Source: Phoronis australis | Lineage: Eukaryota > Animalia > Phoronida | NCBI GenBank assembly: GCA_002633005.1 | Contig: NMRA01000241.1 | Location: 56,006-120,005, forward strand | Direction: 5' to 3' | DNA: 64,000 bases | In this document: positions 12,460 through 26,150 of the stretch, in pieces | How positions within the stretch are numbered: the stretch's first letter is position 1 | Layout of the letters: each line of letters starts with the position of its first letter | Translations under genes and position numbers: made by a program | Notes under the pieces: generated by a model | The model's input: the letters and a program-made list of their open reading frames with translations, nothing else | What the model was told of the DNA's origin: nothing | The model's database searches: none

Positions 12460-12722
12460 CATGCGCACACCCAGGATGCTCGGGGGGGCTCAAACGAGCC
12501 CCTCAATTTGGCGAAGTGGGCAAAAAGGTCCGACTCAGAGAAAGAAAAATTCCGAAATAAATTAAGTAGAAAACAGGACAAAGTCCACTAAAAAGGCAGG
12601 AACTACCAAAATTCGGTAAATGCACAATTCATAGCCCAGAACGTACCCCGTGAATTTTAGTAAAAGGTCCACATTCTCAAAAATTCGAGCCCCCCATTTT
12701 TTTTAGGCTGAGTGCGCGCATG
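12460..12722. mobile_element. hAT-like MITE with CATGCGC termini
   Basis: catgcgcacaccca ... tgagtgcgcgcatg; imperfect 8-bp TSD ataaaact/ataccact. Confidence 0.7.
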
Positions 12723-14104
12723 ATACCACTGGTACACAGTTTTTGTAGATTAGCCAAAATTGCGCTGTCCTTTTTCTCATTAAGCTTTGTTTATATTTGT
12801 TATTTGCGGACAATATTCAGTTTAAGAAACGCTACACCGATATAGATTTAAGTTATTTGCTCCGAAAGTAAGCCTATGCCAATCTAGGTAGACCCACTCG
12901 GAAAATGTTCCAAACTGAAAGAGGTCATATGCACTGCAAGACATGCCCAAGAACCAGACGAAACGACGCCTCACTACTGAAGGCCTAACAAAGATTAGGA
13001 TTACTGCGAGCTTCCACGGGCAAATTGAGTTCCACCTCTCTTTCTTGAAAACCGCCTAGAATGGTTGTAAAGAGCCTCTGATTTTCCTCTAGGTCTCGTG
13101 ATCCTGAACACATGTTATCATCACCACATTTGTGCTTTCTGAGCCCTTCCTTACCAACTCAGTAACTCCGTGAAGCGATCGACCACGGAAACACACAGTC
13201 TAGCGACAGTGGTGCCAAAAATACTATAAAATCTTTGGTGGTGTTGCCGCCTAATTTCAAGTCATTGTTGTCAGTCTTTAGTGATAGTGATTAGTCACGC
13301 TTCCCAAGCTCATAATGGAAATCGCTACTAGTCCGAATAAGTACAATTTTACATCGATATGTGGTCTTGCATAAAAATCAAAGTTTTGTGGTATAAAAAT
13401 TGGTTATAGAAGGTTGACGACCCGAACTGGAATTTTACGAAACAGGAATACAAAAATACAATTCCTTTAATAACGGAAATAAAAAGTTAAGTATTTGCTT
13501 CGTATAATAAAACACAGATAATTTTTAACTTCGTTGAAATTTGTGCGCAACTTTCTTTGTACAAGGTAGATTGATTTGCAGATCAGGTGTTCGCTTCCTT
13601 AGACTTTTCCATTTTAATGCTCTCTTGACAAACACATCTGCGTTAGATAATAAACAGGTTTATAACGGTAACGAGTTAAGTTTAACATAGCAGATGCAAT
13701 CACTTTGTGGCTGGCTTTATGTCTGCTACACGTATATAAAACATCAATGAAAAAACAGCATGTAAGAAGATATTGACTAGATGCGCATTGGTTGCAAGCA
13801 GTTTGTAAATTGATAATTCGCCTCTGCCTTCTGTTGATCCATCCTTACAAATTTAATCTCGAAATTTATTTTACCGTGATAGGGATATATTTCCATTGTC
13901 ACGAATAACATACAGAAATTTTCATGTAAAAAAGCTCAGAAAATTATACTAAGGCGGACCAGCGTGTTTCAATACAGTTATACCTCAGTTCCAGATAACT
14001 GTTAACTCCAATGCGTGCTAGTAATGGCAAGGAATTTACCAACATACATGATTTTCAGAAAAACAATCTACGGTCGCATCATTAAAAATCATGTATGCTC
14101 TTTG

Positions 14105-14247
14105 CATGGGCTGCGCACCATGGGGGGGGGGCTATAAAACCCCCACTTTTTTCAGTGCTACGCTGCACATAGTCTATAGGTGGTGCCCCACAGGGGGGCT
14201 GAGGGGACTTTAGCCCCCCCACATTTTTCAGTGCTGCGCCGCCCATG
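14105..14247. mobile_element. Short CATGGGC...GCCCATG MITE with G/C tracts
   Basis: catgggctgcgca ... tgcgccgcccatg; no clear TSD. Confidence 0.5.
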
Positions 14248-14664
14248 CCTTGTCACGATGGATAAAGAAATTCAAAATTTCAGGTTCCAGATATTTTAAG
14301 CCTGCATTCTCCATGTTAAGCTGTCTGAAAAGCTAAATTAAGCTACTTTTTAAATAACTGTAATACTATTTCTTATCGTGAAAGGATTCTACTTCCATTA
14401 CTAACAAGAGTATCGAAACCATCAGCGATTCACGAAAACGCTAGAAGAATTTCTTGAGGTTTCCCAACCCTGAAATAACAAGTTCGAAAATGGCGCATAG
14501 GTCTACTACAAACCCACCGATACTTATCCTCTGATACAGCAGCAATTCAAGATCAGATGAAGGTGGTAATGTTTTAACCCCAAAGCGCCTCGGTTAGGAA
14601 TTCAACATTGACAGCGAAATGCCCTCTTAACGTCAGCTTAAGAGACATTCAAGCAGGTTTGTAG

Positions 14665-14970
14665 CCCGAAGGGGTCACTCATATTGACAAGGTGCCCGCA
14701 GGCGTGTACCAAAAATTTGCGGGCAGGTGGTACTTTTCACCAAGTTTTGTGAGACCTGCGCGGGGTCCAACAAGCCCCTAAATTTCCATTTCTTCCAGCA
14801 AAAGGCCACTGGATTGGCCTCAACCCCGCAAAAGACGCACAAAAATCTACCCTCAAAAAGGGATGGGAATTAGCAGACCTGGGACCCACAATAGGGGGTC
14901 TCTCAGCAATTTTTGGTATATGCCTGCAGGCACCCTATCAATATGAGTAAACCCACCCCCCTCCCCAGGG
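14665..14970. mobile_element. CCC...GGG-ended MITE with ~50-bp TIRs
   Basis: actctatattgacaaggtgcccgcaggcgtgtaccaaaaatt mirrored by aatttttggtatatgcctgcaggcaccctatcaatatgagt. Confidence 0.7.
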
Positions 14971-14988
14971 TCTGTGCACACCAGAANA

Positions 14989-15668
14989 ATGGTGGCCAGG
15001 ATGAGGAAATGGGGTTGCACGAAAGCGAGAACAAGTTTAATGTGCTTCCGGCTGCGTACTTTTCTACTTTGAGCCTTATGAACTGGATCCTCCCGCGAGA
15101 GAAGCGGCCTCGGGCTCGGCGAGTCAACCCAGTCATCCAACAGACGATCCTGAATTAAGAGCTGATGTTTCTGAATGATAAATATTGTCCTTTATTGAAC
15201 CAGGCCTTCATCGTAACGTCTCCTGTGACTGGAGTCGAAACACGAGTCCTCAAAGAGGGCAGAACACAGAGTGGCCCCGGACCGAATCGCTTGGTCCACG
15301 ATGACGTCCCACACTCTCGTTCGGCGCACGAAGTCATGCCACTTCTGCGCAACTTTGGTGTCCTTCGGAACACCGAGACGTTTTCCGCCTGGCTGCTGTT
15401 GCTGCAGCCTCCGGAAACACATCTTTTGATCCCTCTATGAACCTTCTCGACGCTAAATGTACTTTGCATTCTCTTCACTCTATACACTTTGTCTCTGATC
15501 CGAACGGTATGGTGAACGACCTGGGTTCAACCCATGACGTTATACATAATTATTATTTTTTTCAATTTTTGCGTGTTACTTTATGAGCTGTGCACTAAAG
15601 GCACTGAAATCAAGTAAGATATAATAATAAAATTTATTTTGAGGTACTAGAGTCATGTTGTGTACACT
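14989..15668 (-). mobile_element. Kolobok-like element end with a frameshifted THAP domain
   Basis: KRCVSGGCSN...VF/PKDTKVAQKWHDFVRR...LCSALFEDSCF spans two frames (15192-15430); terminus TTAA|AGTGTACA at 15668; other end lost at the N at 14988. Confidence 0.65.
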
Positions 15669-16574
15669 TTAAGTAAATATTGAAACAGTACACCAGTCAG
15701 GAAAAATTAGATGATTATTTTTTGAATAGGTTTGAATTGTTGATTGTCAAGTTAATCATAATATAAAAGTAAATATTTCGTACTCGCCATGTTTGGAGAA
15801 AGAGTTTCTGTTGGGATTTGTAAACATATGCTCATGCTTGTCGGTGGACTTTGTTATTGCTTGTTTCAAAATTCAGAGACATGAATGGTTTCACATCGCA
15901 ATTTCCTTTTGATTTCCTTTGTAAGTTTATTATGGGGCTTCATTGACGCATTGATTTCTGAAGGGATTGGCCTTCTAAGCTGATGTATATAATGTTTTGT
16001 TTTCCCCTCTTGATGTAAAGCTGATACACAAGTAAACATCATCTACATTTTTCCTTGTGTTTGGACATGCAAACATAAAAGCGACTTAAAATAACAGGAA
16101 AATGTAATCTCCTTGCCGTGGAATGGCATTGGTGCGAGAGCAGCAAATATGTAAAAAACTGACTTAAATGGGAGAAATTCAAGCAACCGTCAGGTTTTAG
16201 AATCAAAGTAAGTAAACAAATAATAAAACAAAACTGTCACTAGGGGCACATATTATTAAACTGATAATGTTGATCACAGATTGCTTGAGATCTTTGCTTG
16301 TTGTCATGTACAATTTTTAATCAATTGAAAAAAGCAAAGAGCTCTGTATATGATTTTAAAAGTATCTCCTTGCTAATTTTTTAATTTAAATTAGGTTGTT
16401 TGACCATTCCTGTATTAAAGCGAAAGGTTCCTGTCATATTCCATATCTGTTTAGTTGAAAAGGTCCTCAATCACCTGAGGGAAAAGGTGCCTGTGTGTTG
16501 TGATAGGAGATTTTCTTCGAGTGAGGGGGACCCCCCCCCCCCGTCACTTAAACATAATTGTATGATTAGGTAGA

Positions 16575-17250
16575 TTTTTATGCGCCCACATATTACATGT
16601 GGGGTGCATATTGCCGTCATCTCTGTCTGTGCGTCCGGCGCTTGTAGCTATATCTCCTAAACCCCTCACAGGATCTTGATAAGATTTGGGAGATGTGTTT
16701 CTGTGATGCTGATGACGAGTGATGGTGAATTTCGGACCTGTCTGACTACAGGCCTGCCCCCTAGTGGCAATTTTATAGTTTTTATGTGCCCACATATTTT
16801 TATTCGTGCGGCGACCAGCATCCGCTGCTCTCTCCAAAACCCTTTGACATATATTCATGAAATTTTGCACATTTCTTCCTTTCATGGACGGCATGAGCGA
16901 ACTTTCAAGCGGTTCCAACTACAGGTGTGCCCCCTCTCTATCTTCAAGGGTCCTCCATGGATTTTCATGAAATTTGGCATATACGCATCTGTTAGTAAGA
17001 TGACACTATCCTCTCATTTTCGGATGGATTTGAGGTATTTTATGCCGTCTAGTGGCCAGTTTTACGGTTTTCGAGTTTTTTGACGTCTGCTCCTCTACTA
17101 ACGAATTCGCTCTTAGGTGATTGTGAAAATTTGCATGTATGTTCTTACTATGAACAGGATGGCTTTTGGTTTTGTGAGCTAACATTTCCTGATTATTGCC
17201 CTTTTAATTTATCTAGATTCGATGAATGATTGCACCCCAAATGATTTACA
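16575..17250 (+). mobile_element. DINE-1/HINE-like non-autonomous Helentron-type element
   Basis: T-tract start, hairpin ccacatattacatgtgg, ctgtctgtgcgtcc microsatellite, repeated cores attcatgaaatt and cccctagtggc; related decayed copy at about 23870-24400. Confidence 0.55.
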
Positions 17251-17444
17251 GGGTCCTACAGGTTTTTTAATTTACAAAAAGCAGTTGAATTTTTGTACCT
17301 GGGATTTATTCTTGATTTTCTGGGGAATTCTGGCTGTTCAGCTAACTTCCGAACTAGGTACAGAAGCCTGCAAGAGTTTTTCTTTAATTTTTTTGCTGCA
17401 GACAATATTTTACTAATTTGTTCGCAATTCAACATGACCCCAGT

Positions 17445-17957
17445 TTGCTTCCACACACGGTCTACCCTAGAACAACTTGCACTATTGCATTTTAACCCTC
17501 TTTTGAGTCAAGCGTCCACACACGCACGCACACACGCACGCACGCACACACGCACACACATATCCACAATAGGGTAATGCGGAAGTTGACGCTCTGTGCG
17601 TGACAACTTGAACGCCTAATGAGAGTATGGCACTAAAAAGAAAACCCATCTGTATGTAACCGCAGCTAATAATTGCTTCAGCCCTACCCCGCTTTTGTAG
17701 CCACACAGCAATTACAAGTGGTGCAAGTTACCCTAGAACAAGTTACCTTGCCTTGATAATGTGGAGTAAGTTGTCAATAGTGGGGTTAGTTGCACTAGTT
17801 TAAATAGCATCCAGTCAAAAAAAGTACTCAAACCTAGTGACAACTCTTCCAGGAGTAATTTGTTCTAGGGTAATTAGTCTGTGTGTGGATGGCACTTTAG
17901 TTCATCTTATGGAGGTAAGGTAACTTGTTCTAGGGAAAGTCTGTGTGTGGAGGGCAC
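17445..17957. mobile_element. Harbinger-like MITE with (GCAC)n microsatellite and duplicated right end
   Basis: ccacacac...ccctagaacaa mirrored twice by ttgttctaggg...gtgtgtgg (17861-17897 and 17926-17957). Confidence 0.6.
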
Positions 17958-20429
17958 TTTAGTTTGATATATCTTGCCTGATGTGATATCGATAGTTTCT
18001 GGTTATGTGAACCCCTGGGTGGATTTCAGTTTAATCAGCAAAAGCCAGCCTTTCACAATCTGCATTAATGCCCAGTTGTTTACATGTGTTGAAGTGCTGT
18101 AGTCAGGTGTTGCCCACATATTTCTAACCATAACAAGTTGGGCATACAGTGTGCAGTTAAATCAGGGTCCTAACTGTGTGCAAAATATTATATATGCACA
18201 CATGTATTTGACAGCTTGCAACATGTTGATTCTTCAGTATAACAGATCTTGTAGACTGATGTTAGAAATTGACAGCCGCTTGTAATTCCTATTGTTAAGA
18301 TAACCTGGAAAGACACTCAGTTGGCACATTATAGAAGAAAGCATGTGAAATATTCCCTGTACTGCTACTGGTAGCCTTGTCTTTCCAAAGTATCTGTGTA
18401 CATCCCTTTATAATTACCTGATTTCCTGCAAAATATTAAGTACTTAGTTGCTGACTGGATACAATTTCTGAGTCTTAAAACGATTTGTAGTGAAGTTGTG
18501 TTAATTTGATAAGTTGATGCCCAAACACAGCAATCTATCATAACATTGTAGTCTTATGGGGTTTGTGTCTGTTGCTACTAATTATCCATGCAGTCTCTGT
18601 TGGGTAGTGATGCCTTTAATCTCCATTAAGATGTTTCATTGCCAACTCTCTGATGCCTCAAAGTGAGTTTTAACCAATTGCTGTGTGATTCTCATATCCA
18701 CTTGAATCGGTCATAGTTAGTCGCATGAAGGATTTCTGATTCAATTTCTGGTAATTAATGAATACTGTCCCGATATCATGAGTGGTGCAGTGACCACATT
18801 CCAGGGCCCTTGATGCCTTGATTTTCCCTGAACAAAAAAAATCCCCCTCTCAGGAGGCACAGAAACTTTTCCGAGGGCTCTGAATTCTGAAACTTCATCA
18901 TCAGGTTTAAAAACTCATTAGATTTTGACATTTCTTAGGTTAATTATTCATTATATTAAGTTTGAAAATTTACATCCATCATCAAAATCCAAGTAGCTGT
19001 TTGCGTGACGTTATATAGTCATTATATGGAAAATCCACTAGGGATCTTCAGTCTGAGACTGGCAGAGTTGCTTACTTTCTGTCCTGTACTAAACTGTTAC
19101 AGGCAGGAGGAGTTTGCTTTCCTTGCCAGATTGGTTATTCAAACTTTGTTGTCTTGATGGTGTCTCCTCTCACAAAATTTCAGTTTGTTTTTCTTCAACA
19201 ACTTTGACCCAACCTGATAATTATGAAGCCTTGTTAGTACCCATCCTGTAAAGATATATATTGTATAATTACATATTAGATTGTACAGCAGGTAAAGCCA
19301 GGTTGCCATACGTTTGGTAGAATATATCTTAAAGTACAAATATGAAAGGCACTGCAAGATGCCTGCCTCCCTCCTTGCCCATGATTGCTGGGGTTTTGGA
19401 ATCAATTTACTTTTATTGGATTTATTCCGTTGGGTTTAAGTTGCTTTATCTGTCTGTCTGTTCTACTGAGACTGAATCAGTTTAGAACTTTAGAGGCTTC
19501 ATCGTCTGCTGAAAGAATCCCGTGGATATGCACTTCTCACCAGTTCTTGCCAAGAACTTGGTTGCGTTCCTATAGAACCAAGACTTCGGCCATGCTTTTG
19601 TGGAAATTTTCACTAATTCAATAATTCAACATTTCAACTTCGCAGACCAATAACTTAAATGGCTACTGGTTTGCTAGGTTATACTAGTGTGTTTCTTAGC
19701 ATACTCTTGAAATACTCGTCTTTTATTTGCATCATTTTTGTGTTGTCTTGTGTCAGCCCGTTGTTTTTCACTAGAAACTTGGTCTTCGGAATGCATCTAT
19801 TCTTCTTAAAAATGGCGCTATTGCTTTCATGGTGTTTTCTTATTAGTTTTTATTCTTCAGGGAATCCCATGATAGGTGTGTGTAAATAGGTAAAGTAAGA
19901 AGAGAATACTAAACTTTAATTACGGTATGCGGGCAATCTTTGTAGATACAGCAATCTAGATCTGCTCATGTGCAAGTATTTTCTCTTCCCCTTCTGAGTC
20001 AAATCTATTCGTTTCCGCACCTTTCCAAACCTATTTGAAATCGATTTTAAATCATCTTTATTACAGACTATCCAATTTGCCTCTGCAGTTGAGTTATTTC
20101 CCTTTTCGCTAATGCTGAACACCATTGCTGTACCTGATGTTTTCAGCACCTCAATGAAGAGGAGTTGTGTAATCACTGAAGGGCAGCTTAAAGGCTCTTT
20201 TCCATACAGCTAAGTTCACTACTACCTTCAATGCTAACTGTGGTTAACCGCAAAGTTAAGCATTGGTGTTCTCATCAGCTATGGAGGTATAATAGAGGAT
20301 TTGCAGCGCAGATGAATTACGCATTGCGCATGTGCGAGTTACTTCCTTCGCGAAGGCTCATGGGATAGCTTGTGGTCAGGCATGTCTTGAGCAGGCTGGA
20401 TACTGTGTGCATTTGGAGTGATTTGCAAA

Positions 20430-21523
20430 CTAAAAACCATGTTTCATTTTTTGCTTTATAATACCAAGCAAGTCCTTTCTCTCGTTTGTAAACACAGCGT
20501 AGCTATGATCAGTGACCGTGTGACCGAGGGCACGACTGTCGTCATGTTCATCGGCGTCATTGATTTCGAAATCTCCGGTTTCAGACAAGTTGAGAGTTCT
20601 TGGGTTGCTTAACTTTTGTAGCTTTCGCCGTGGATATGCTAGAGACATTAATTTTAAGAGGAAACTCCGTCCGAATGTTGTTCTCATAAGTCTTTTTTCC
20701 ACCAGGAAAATGTTCGCTGCACACACGATGGCCCCTAGGCAATTACTACATCGCACTGGATGCCGCAGGCATTCAGGGGCGATAGTACATCCTCACAAAA
20801 AGTTACTCATTTCAAAATACAGCAAATAAAATCAAATGAACCATACATATAGGAACACGGAGTTATAATTAACACATACCACGACTTTGGATACAATTTA
20901 GTCACCAAAACTTGAACAAATCGATGAAAATCTGTCGCGGTTTGCTCGAGTTTCTCTCAGTTACCGGGTGCCATTTTGAGGAAGTTACGTGAAATTACGC
21001 ATGTTGACGAATAAAAAGTCCAAGGGACACACATCTTACAAGTTTCACCCGATACCTTCTCATGCTATTTTACAAGTGTCGCGCGCTAGCGTCACGCACT
21101 TCGCTCAGTCTCACGCTAACCTTTGCCTAACTCACGTGATTCAGTTGACATGCTTTGTGGTTATCGCGAAGTTGGTAATTCTTCACCAAAGTCAACTTAA
21201 TTCTCACAACTAAGCTTCATCAAAGATATGTGTAGAAGTAGAAAGGACCAATGATGAAAGTAAGTGTTTTTNNNNNNNNNNNNNNNNTTTTATCTCTCTT
21301 GTTGTTTTTGAAGCAGCCAGGAACACAACAAGTGTATCCGCCGTAAGTTTTATTCGCGCTCATACCGCGTATTATGCTTGATACTATGGCCGCTTTCGGA
21401 ATCCTGACCACAGCACCCACAATGCACCATATTAACCTAATTTCAATATGGCGTCGCTGCAAATCCGCTATTCAGTGAAATTATCGCAAGGTGGCGCTAA
21501 TATGGCCTTTGGTTATATGGCCT
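20430..21523 (-). pseudogene. Disrupted THAP-domain transposase 5' region (ISL2EU/Harbinger-type)
   Basis: MSANKTYGGYTCCVPGCFKNNKRDK (21363-21289) and GHRVCSEHFPGGKKTYENNIRTEFP (20733-20656), split by an insertion and an N gap. Confidence 0.65.
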
Positions 21524-23020
21524 TGCAGAGTTGCAGTTTTGACAGTGCTTTCCATCAAAAATGGCAAGGACCTCTCCCCAGATGGAAACAAGGCAGCCAA
21601 CGGTTACCACCTTGGGACGATGGCGATGTACCACAAATTTTTGACAAAAATTTGACGCTTGAGCGAGCTAACAGCTGATTCAAACAAATGCAGTATGGCG
21701 TGACGGGAACTCGTTTTGCAACACCGAAGCTTCAGAGACAGTGGGAAAGACCTTGAATGGCAGCTTGTTGAATAGTGCTTAGAAACATCTATAAACGGTA
21801 TATTTGCATGCTGTACATTAAGCGAGCAAAACAATGAAGTGGGCCCGCAGTAGAGTATAACACTGAGGGTGTCAGTATGATGATGAGTTTGAGCCACAGT
21901 TTATGAGGCAATGATCAGATATTATGTGCCCCTATTTTGAGAACCAGTTTGATGCTCATTATTCAGTGGAGAAATCTGGTTCTCAAAATTCGGGCTTATT
22001 ATATCCTACCATTACCGTTTATGATTAATTGGTACTCCTGTAATTCAGGTACCACTGAAACCCATGGTTATTTATCTGCTTGTCATAGTGTTCACTGACC
22101 CCCTTCTCTGTTTGTACATATAAGCCTCCACTCACCCATAGTGATCATGTTAAACCTTTTGGGTGTTGCACATGATGTCCTGTTACTAGGCCTACTACTC
22201 CTGTGTGGTTGAAAATGTTATTTGAAAGGCACCACTAGCAATCTGCAAGGTGCATCAGCAGGTGGAGTTGGTTGTTAACTTGTCCTTCACTATGTTTGGG
22301 TTTGGTGAATTTAAAAATGGCTTTGCTCATTTCACATGTCATGACGTTGATTGATATTTATATGGAATGAAACTTAAGTCTTACCTCATAGCTTCCAAGT
22401 GTCAAGTCTTACCTCATACCTTCCAAGCGTGGTGATAACATGAACTTACTGATAACTGATGGCAGAGTTCCTTGCATAGAATATAAGTTGTCTTGAAATG
22501 AACTACCAAAAATTGTTTTTCACAGTACTTTGGATGAGATGTTCTGCAAGTTCTGTCCAAGGTGTGTCAACCTTATTGACTGAACAAACTAAGGTTGGCT
22601 TTTTATGTGCGTGCAGCAGTTGTCACAGTTATGCTCTGCTATTTGGTTGTGATTACTTTTCTTGATTTGAAAATTCTTGCTAATATTGTTCTCTGTCTAT
22701 TTTTATAACAGATGTTCTTAAGCATTCGCCACCCACACTCTCAACACATAATGTTGATTATTAATAGCTGATCATTTCATGGTCTTATGGATGACCACAT
22801 CACTGGGTTTATTTTAACACATCACATACTTGTATTCTCAGACACCCACTCTCTCCTGGACTTGAACCAGTATTCATAAAAGCCTCATAGTAACTGAGTC
22901 TTAGTGAATTCTCTGCATCTCCTGTACTAGATGTGAACTGACATATCTACCAATCATGGCAATTATGGATAGTGTGTGTGTCTTACTGAGTTTTGCTGTT
23001 GTCTGTGGTTGAAATACCAG

Positions 23021-23564
23021 AAGCGTGTTCAACAGAGTGAGCGCCCGCTAGCGTGTACTCGTGAACACAAGGAACAGCTCCTGAACAGCTGTGAGCGCTC
23101 ACTGTGCGATCCAGTATGGCGACTCTGAAGCAGTTTTTGTTGAACGTCTTAGCCGATGAGCTTAACACTAACGGTCCTTCCTACGGCGTACTGAGCGATA
23201 AATATGATTAATCTTTGCCAATAATTATTAATATCGGCAGCCCAAGACAACAACCGTGAAGGCTTTGGCCCGACAAGAATCGAAAATTACATCGAGGAAA
23301 CTGTTCCTCGCTACAGCGACCCGCAATTTAAGTCGCAGTTTCGGATGAGTCGGTCAACTTTTGAGGTTATAGTTTTCGTGTTGCAGAACAATAATGAGTT
23401 CATATGTTGCAGACGTGAAGCCTTCGCAGGACGCCATCTTGGAAATCTAAGCGAACATGCTCTCAAGGTTGTTCGCGAGCGCTCGCGAGCGCTAACATGA
23501 ACACAGCTGTTCAGGACGAGGGCACTCAAATTGCTCGCGGGCGCTCACTCTGTTGAACACGCTT
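23021..23564 (+). mobile_element. Harbinger/PIF internal-deletion derivative
   Basis: 28-bp TIR AAGCGTGTTCAACAGAGTGAGCGCCCGC, 3-bp TSD CAG; internal peptide IENYIEETVPRYSDPQFKSQFRMSRSTFE resembles the HARBI1-type transposase N-terminus. Confidence 0.88.
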
Positions 23565-24649
23565 CAGGGCTATCACATTGTCAGGCACGTCAGTCACTCT
23601 CTCTTCCTCCATCACTACAAACTTCTCCAGCTGGTGGTGAGATGATAGGTTTGGTGATTCTGTGGTCTGAATGTTAATATTCAACTGTCATCCCCATTTC
23701 TGAGGTGAAGTTCTAGAGGGCATGCCATGTAATGTATGACACTAACATTAGCTTACCAATTATACCTCTGTTCCAACCAGCATTCCACAATTTTATAATC
23801 ATACCTGTTGGAACAGCAGTTTGTAAAAGCGGTTGCATTTGTATAATTTATGTGTTGGTGCATTAGACTGTCATCCCGGTCTGTCTACCCTCTGCTGCTG
23901 TATCTGTAAAACCCCCTAATGATTTTTGTTAAATTGTGCAGACATGCTTTGGATGGAACGAGACCATCTGCGCCATCTTGTGGCAATTTAATGATAGTCT
24001 AACATGCTCTTTGATAGATTTTCATGAAATCTGGGATGCATCCAACTACTGTGACAATGGCACCACCTAGTGGCATTTTTGTTTTATGCTTGTGCCATAA
24101 TATCTGTGAAGTTTCTTAATAGATTTTTGTGAAATTAAGTATTAAATTTTCTGATTGATGAGTGTACGCTTGGCATTAATTTTGGGACAAATCTGATTGC
24201 TATGATGTCCCCCTAGTGGCAATTTAGGTTTTCTTTGCGGATGTCTCTATATTTACCAAGTTCTTTGATGGATGTTCACAAAATTTAGCAAATAAGTTTC
24301 TATCAATGATTTGAGTCAGAAATTTTGCTATTTTCTCTAGGTCCTGGAAATGTGTCCGGAAGTGTCAAAATCTATCAGGGCATCTTGAAAATCAGCCAGA
24401 AAAAATGTCATTGGAGGATTAGTGATACATGATTCCATAACCGGAAGTTCAAATTTTCCAAAAATTCAGACCGAACACGCCTTGTTCCCACTAGCTTTGG
24501 TGGTGCGTCGGTGACTTGGACAGTACTAGTGGAAACACAAGTGTCATTGACGCAACATAAAGCTTTCATCCATGAAATTATTTTTAAATGGAGTTTTATA
24601 CTCCAAAATCAAACTCGTGTTTCATTCCATATCAAAGAAAACATAAATA

Positions 24650-26150
24650 TCATCCCCCCGTCAGGGAAAATGTGTGGCGACGTCAGAGGGTAGGCACCGG
24701 GATAGTATCTGGCCCTCCTCCTTCCAGTATTGCACGCAATGTAAATTTGGAGATGCAACCAAGTCCGTGCTGGTTACACACTCTTTGATCTTTTCCCCTG
24801 ATACGAGTTTTTGCTGCATCTCCGTATTGCCATCCTCGCTCTATGAGGCGAGGATGAATAGTTTATACAAATTTTGTTGAATGGTTCGCCAACAGCTGAT
24901 TTGGGGTTTTGCGACTCATTTCAAAATCTTGGTCCATTACCCACTCTCTCATTACCAACACACCATCATTGTATCTTAATCTAGAATGTGACATAAATAG
25001 GCCAAATATCTTCCCCCACCCCACATTTTCAGAAAAATGGGCACTGGAGATAACAATAATGGTCCAGAGATGTGCACAAATTGCTTATAGTGCAAATAAA
25101 AGTCTGTACATCAATAAAACACCCATTGACAATGTATGATTGCTCAGCATTGGAAAACCTGAGGTGAAAAGAAGTCCATACAGACGTGTTTGAAACAACA
25201 TGCAGAGACACTCTGAATAAAAAATTGTGACTTTCATACAAATGATATCAACACCGACTAAGTCAAGAAATATAACCTAGGGGTAAATTTTTCAGCTGCA
25301 ATGTCCTGTCTTCTCATGAAGTAGACAGGAATTTTTTTGGTTTGTGAGTCGAATTTTTAATCATACATGACTCTATAGCCAAGCCTATGTTTTCCTTTAG
25401 TCTCATTTCTTGTGCATGTGGCTTTTGTATGGTCAATATTCTCGCAATGTCAGTCAAAATTCCACGTTCTGAAGTTAATATAGCCAACCGGAAATCTTGC
25501 AGAAAGTGCACAACATCGAGTTCACCGTTTGATCCAACATTTTGAATATATAATTAGCTAGAGTAAACCAACCAATGCACCGTAAGTGTATGGAAGAATA
25601 TGGCCAGTTAAAACCAGTATTTCTAGAAATATATCCACTGGATTGTCAAGAGGTTGTAATTATGCCAATCCAAACTCATTCTTCATTTTAGATCTAAATT
25701 CATGAACTCAGTTTGCCAATGTTGAAATCTCCCTTCCATCTTATTGATGGTATTAAACTGTAGGTGGCGCTGAACACGGTCCATCAAGTAGTCAATGACA
25801 GCCTAAATAATGTCACTGCAACCAAGAAATGGCTGCTAGTATTCAATTGCAGTTTACTTGTAAAAATATAAAAAAGCCCGAAGCTTAATTCTTTGCAACA
25901 TCTTAAGTGTGCGAGCATGTCAATGCTTTTTATTGCTCTTAGTAAACATGACTCTGTGTTTGGTTTTAAAGCTATGGCAATCAGTGGGAATAATGCTTAT
26001 GTATTTAGACAAACTATGACAAACAGCTCACTTATTTATTCACTCTGCAATGCTGCCGAGGCTTGCCGTAACTTGTCGCCACATCACTTAGCCACGGTCT
26101 TGTGTTCTTTTTGATGATTTACCTACAAGAGATGAGGCAAAAGACATTCC
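24650..26150 (-). pseudogene. Decayed protein-coding region of unidentified family (probably transposon-borne)
   Basis: Successive protein-like minus-strand segments broken by stops and frameshifts; acceptor tcttgtag at about 26123. Confidence 0.35.

Noticed and set aside
15155-15487. Host THAP transcription-factor gene
   Set aside because: Frameshifted, zinc-ligand His replaced by Leu, and next to a TTAA transposon terminus
25100-25220. Mab-21/cGAS-like motif in SVWTSFHLRFSNAE
   Set aside because: Spacing differs from WRLSFSxxE and no nucleotidyltransferase motif is visible nearby
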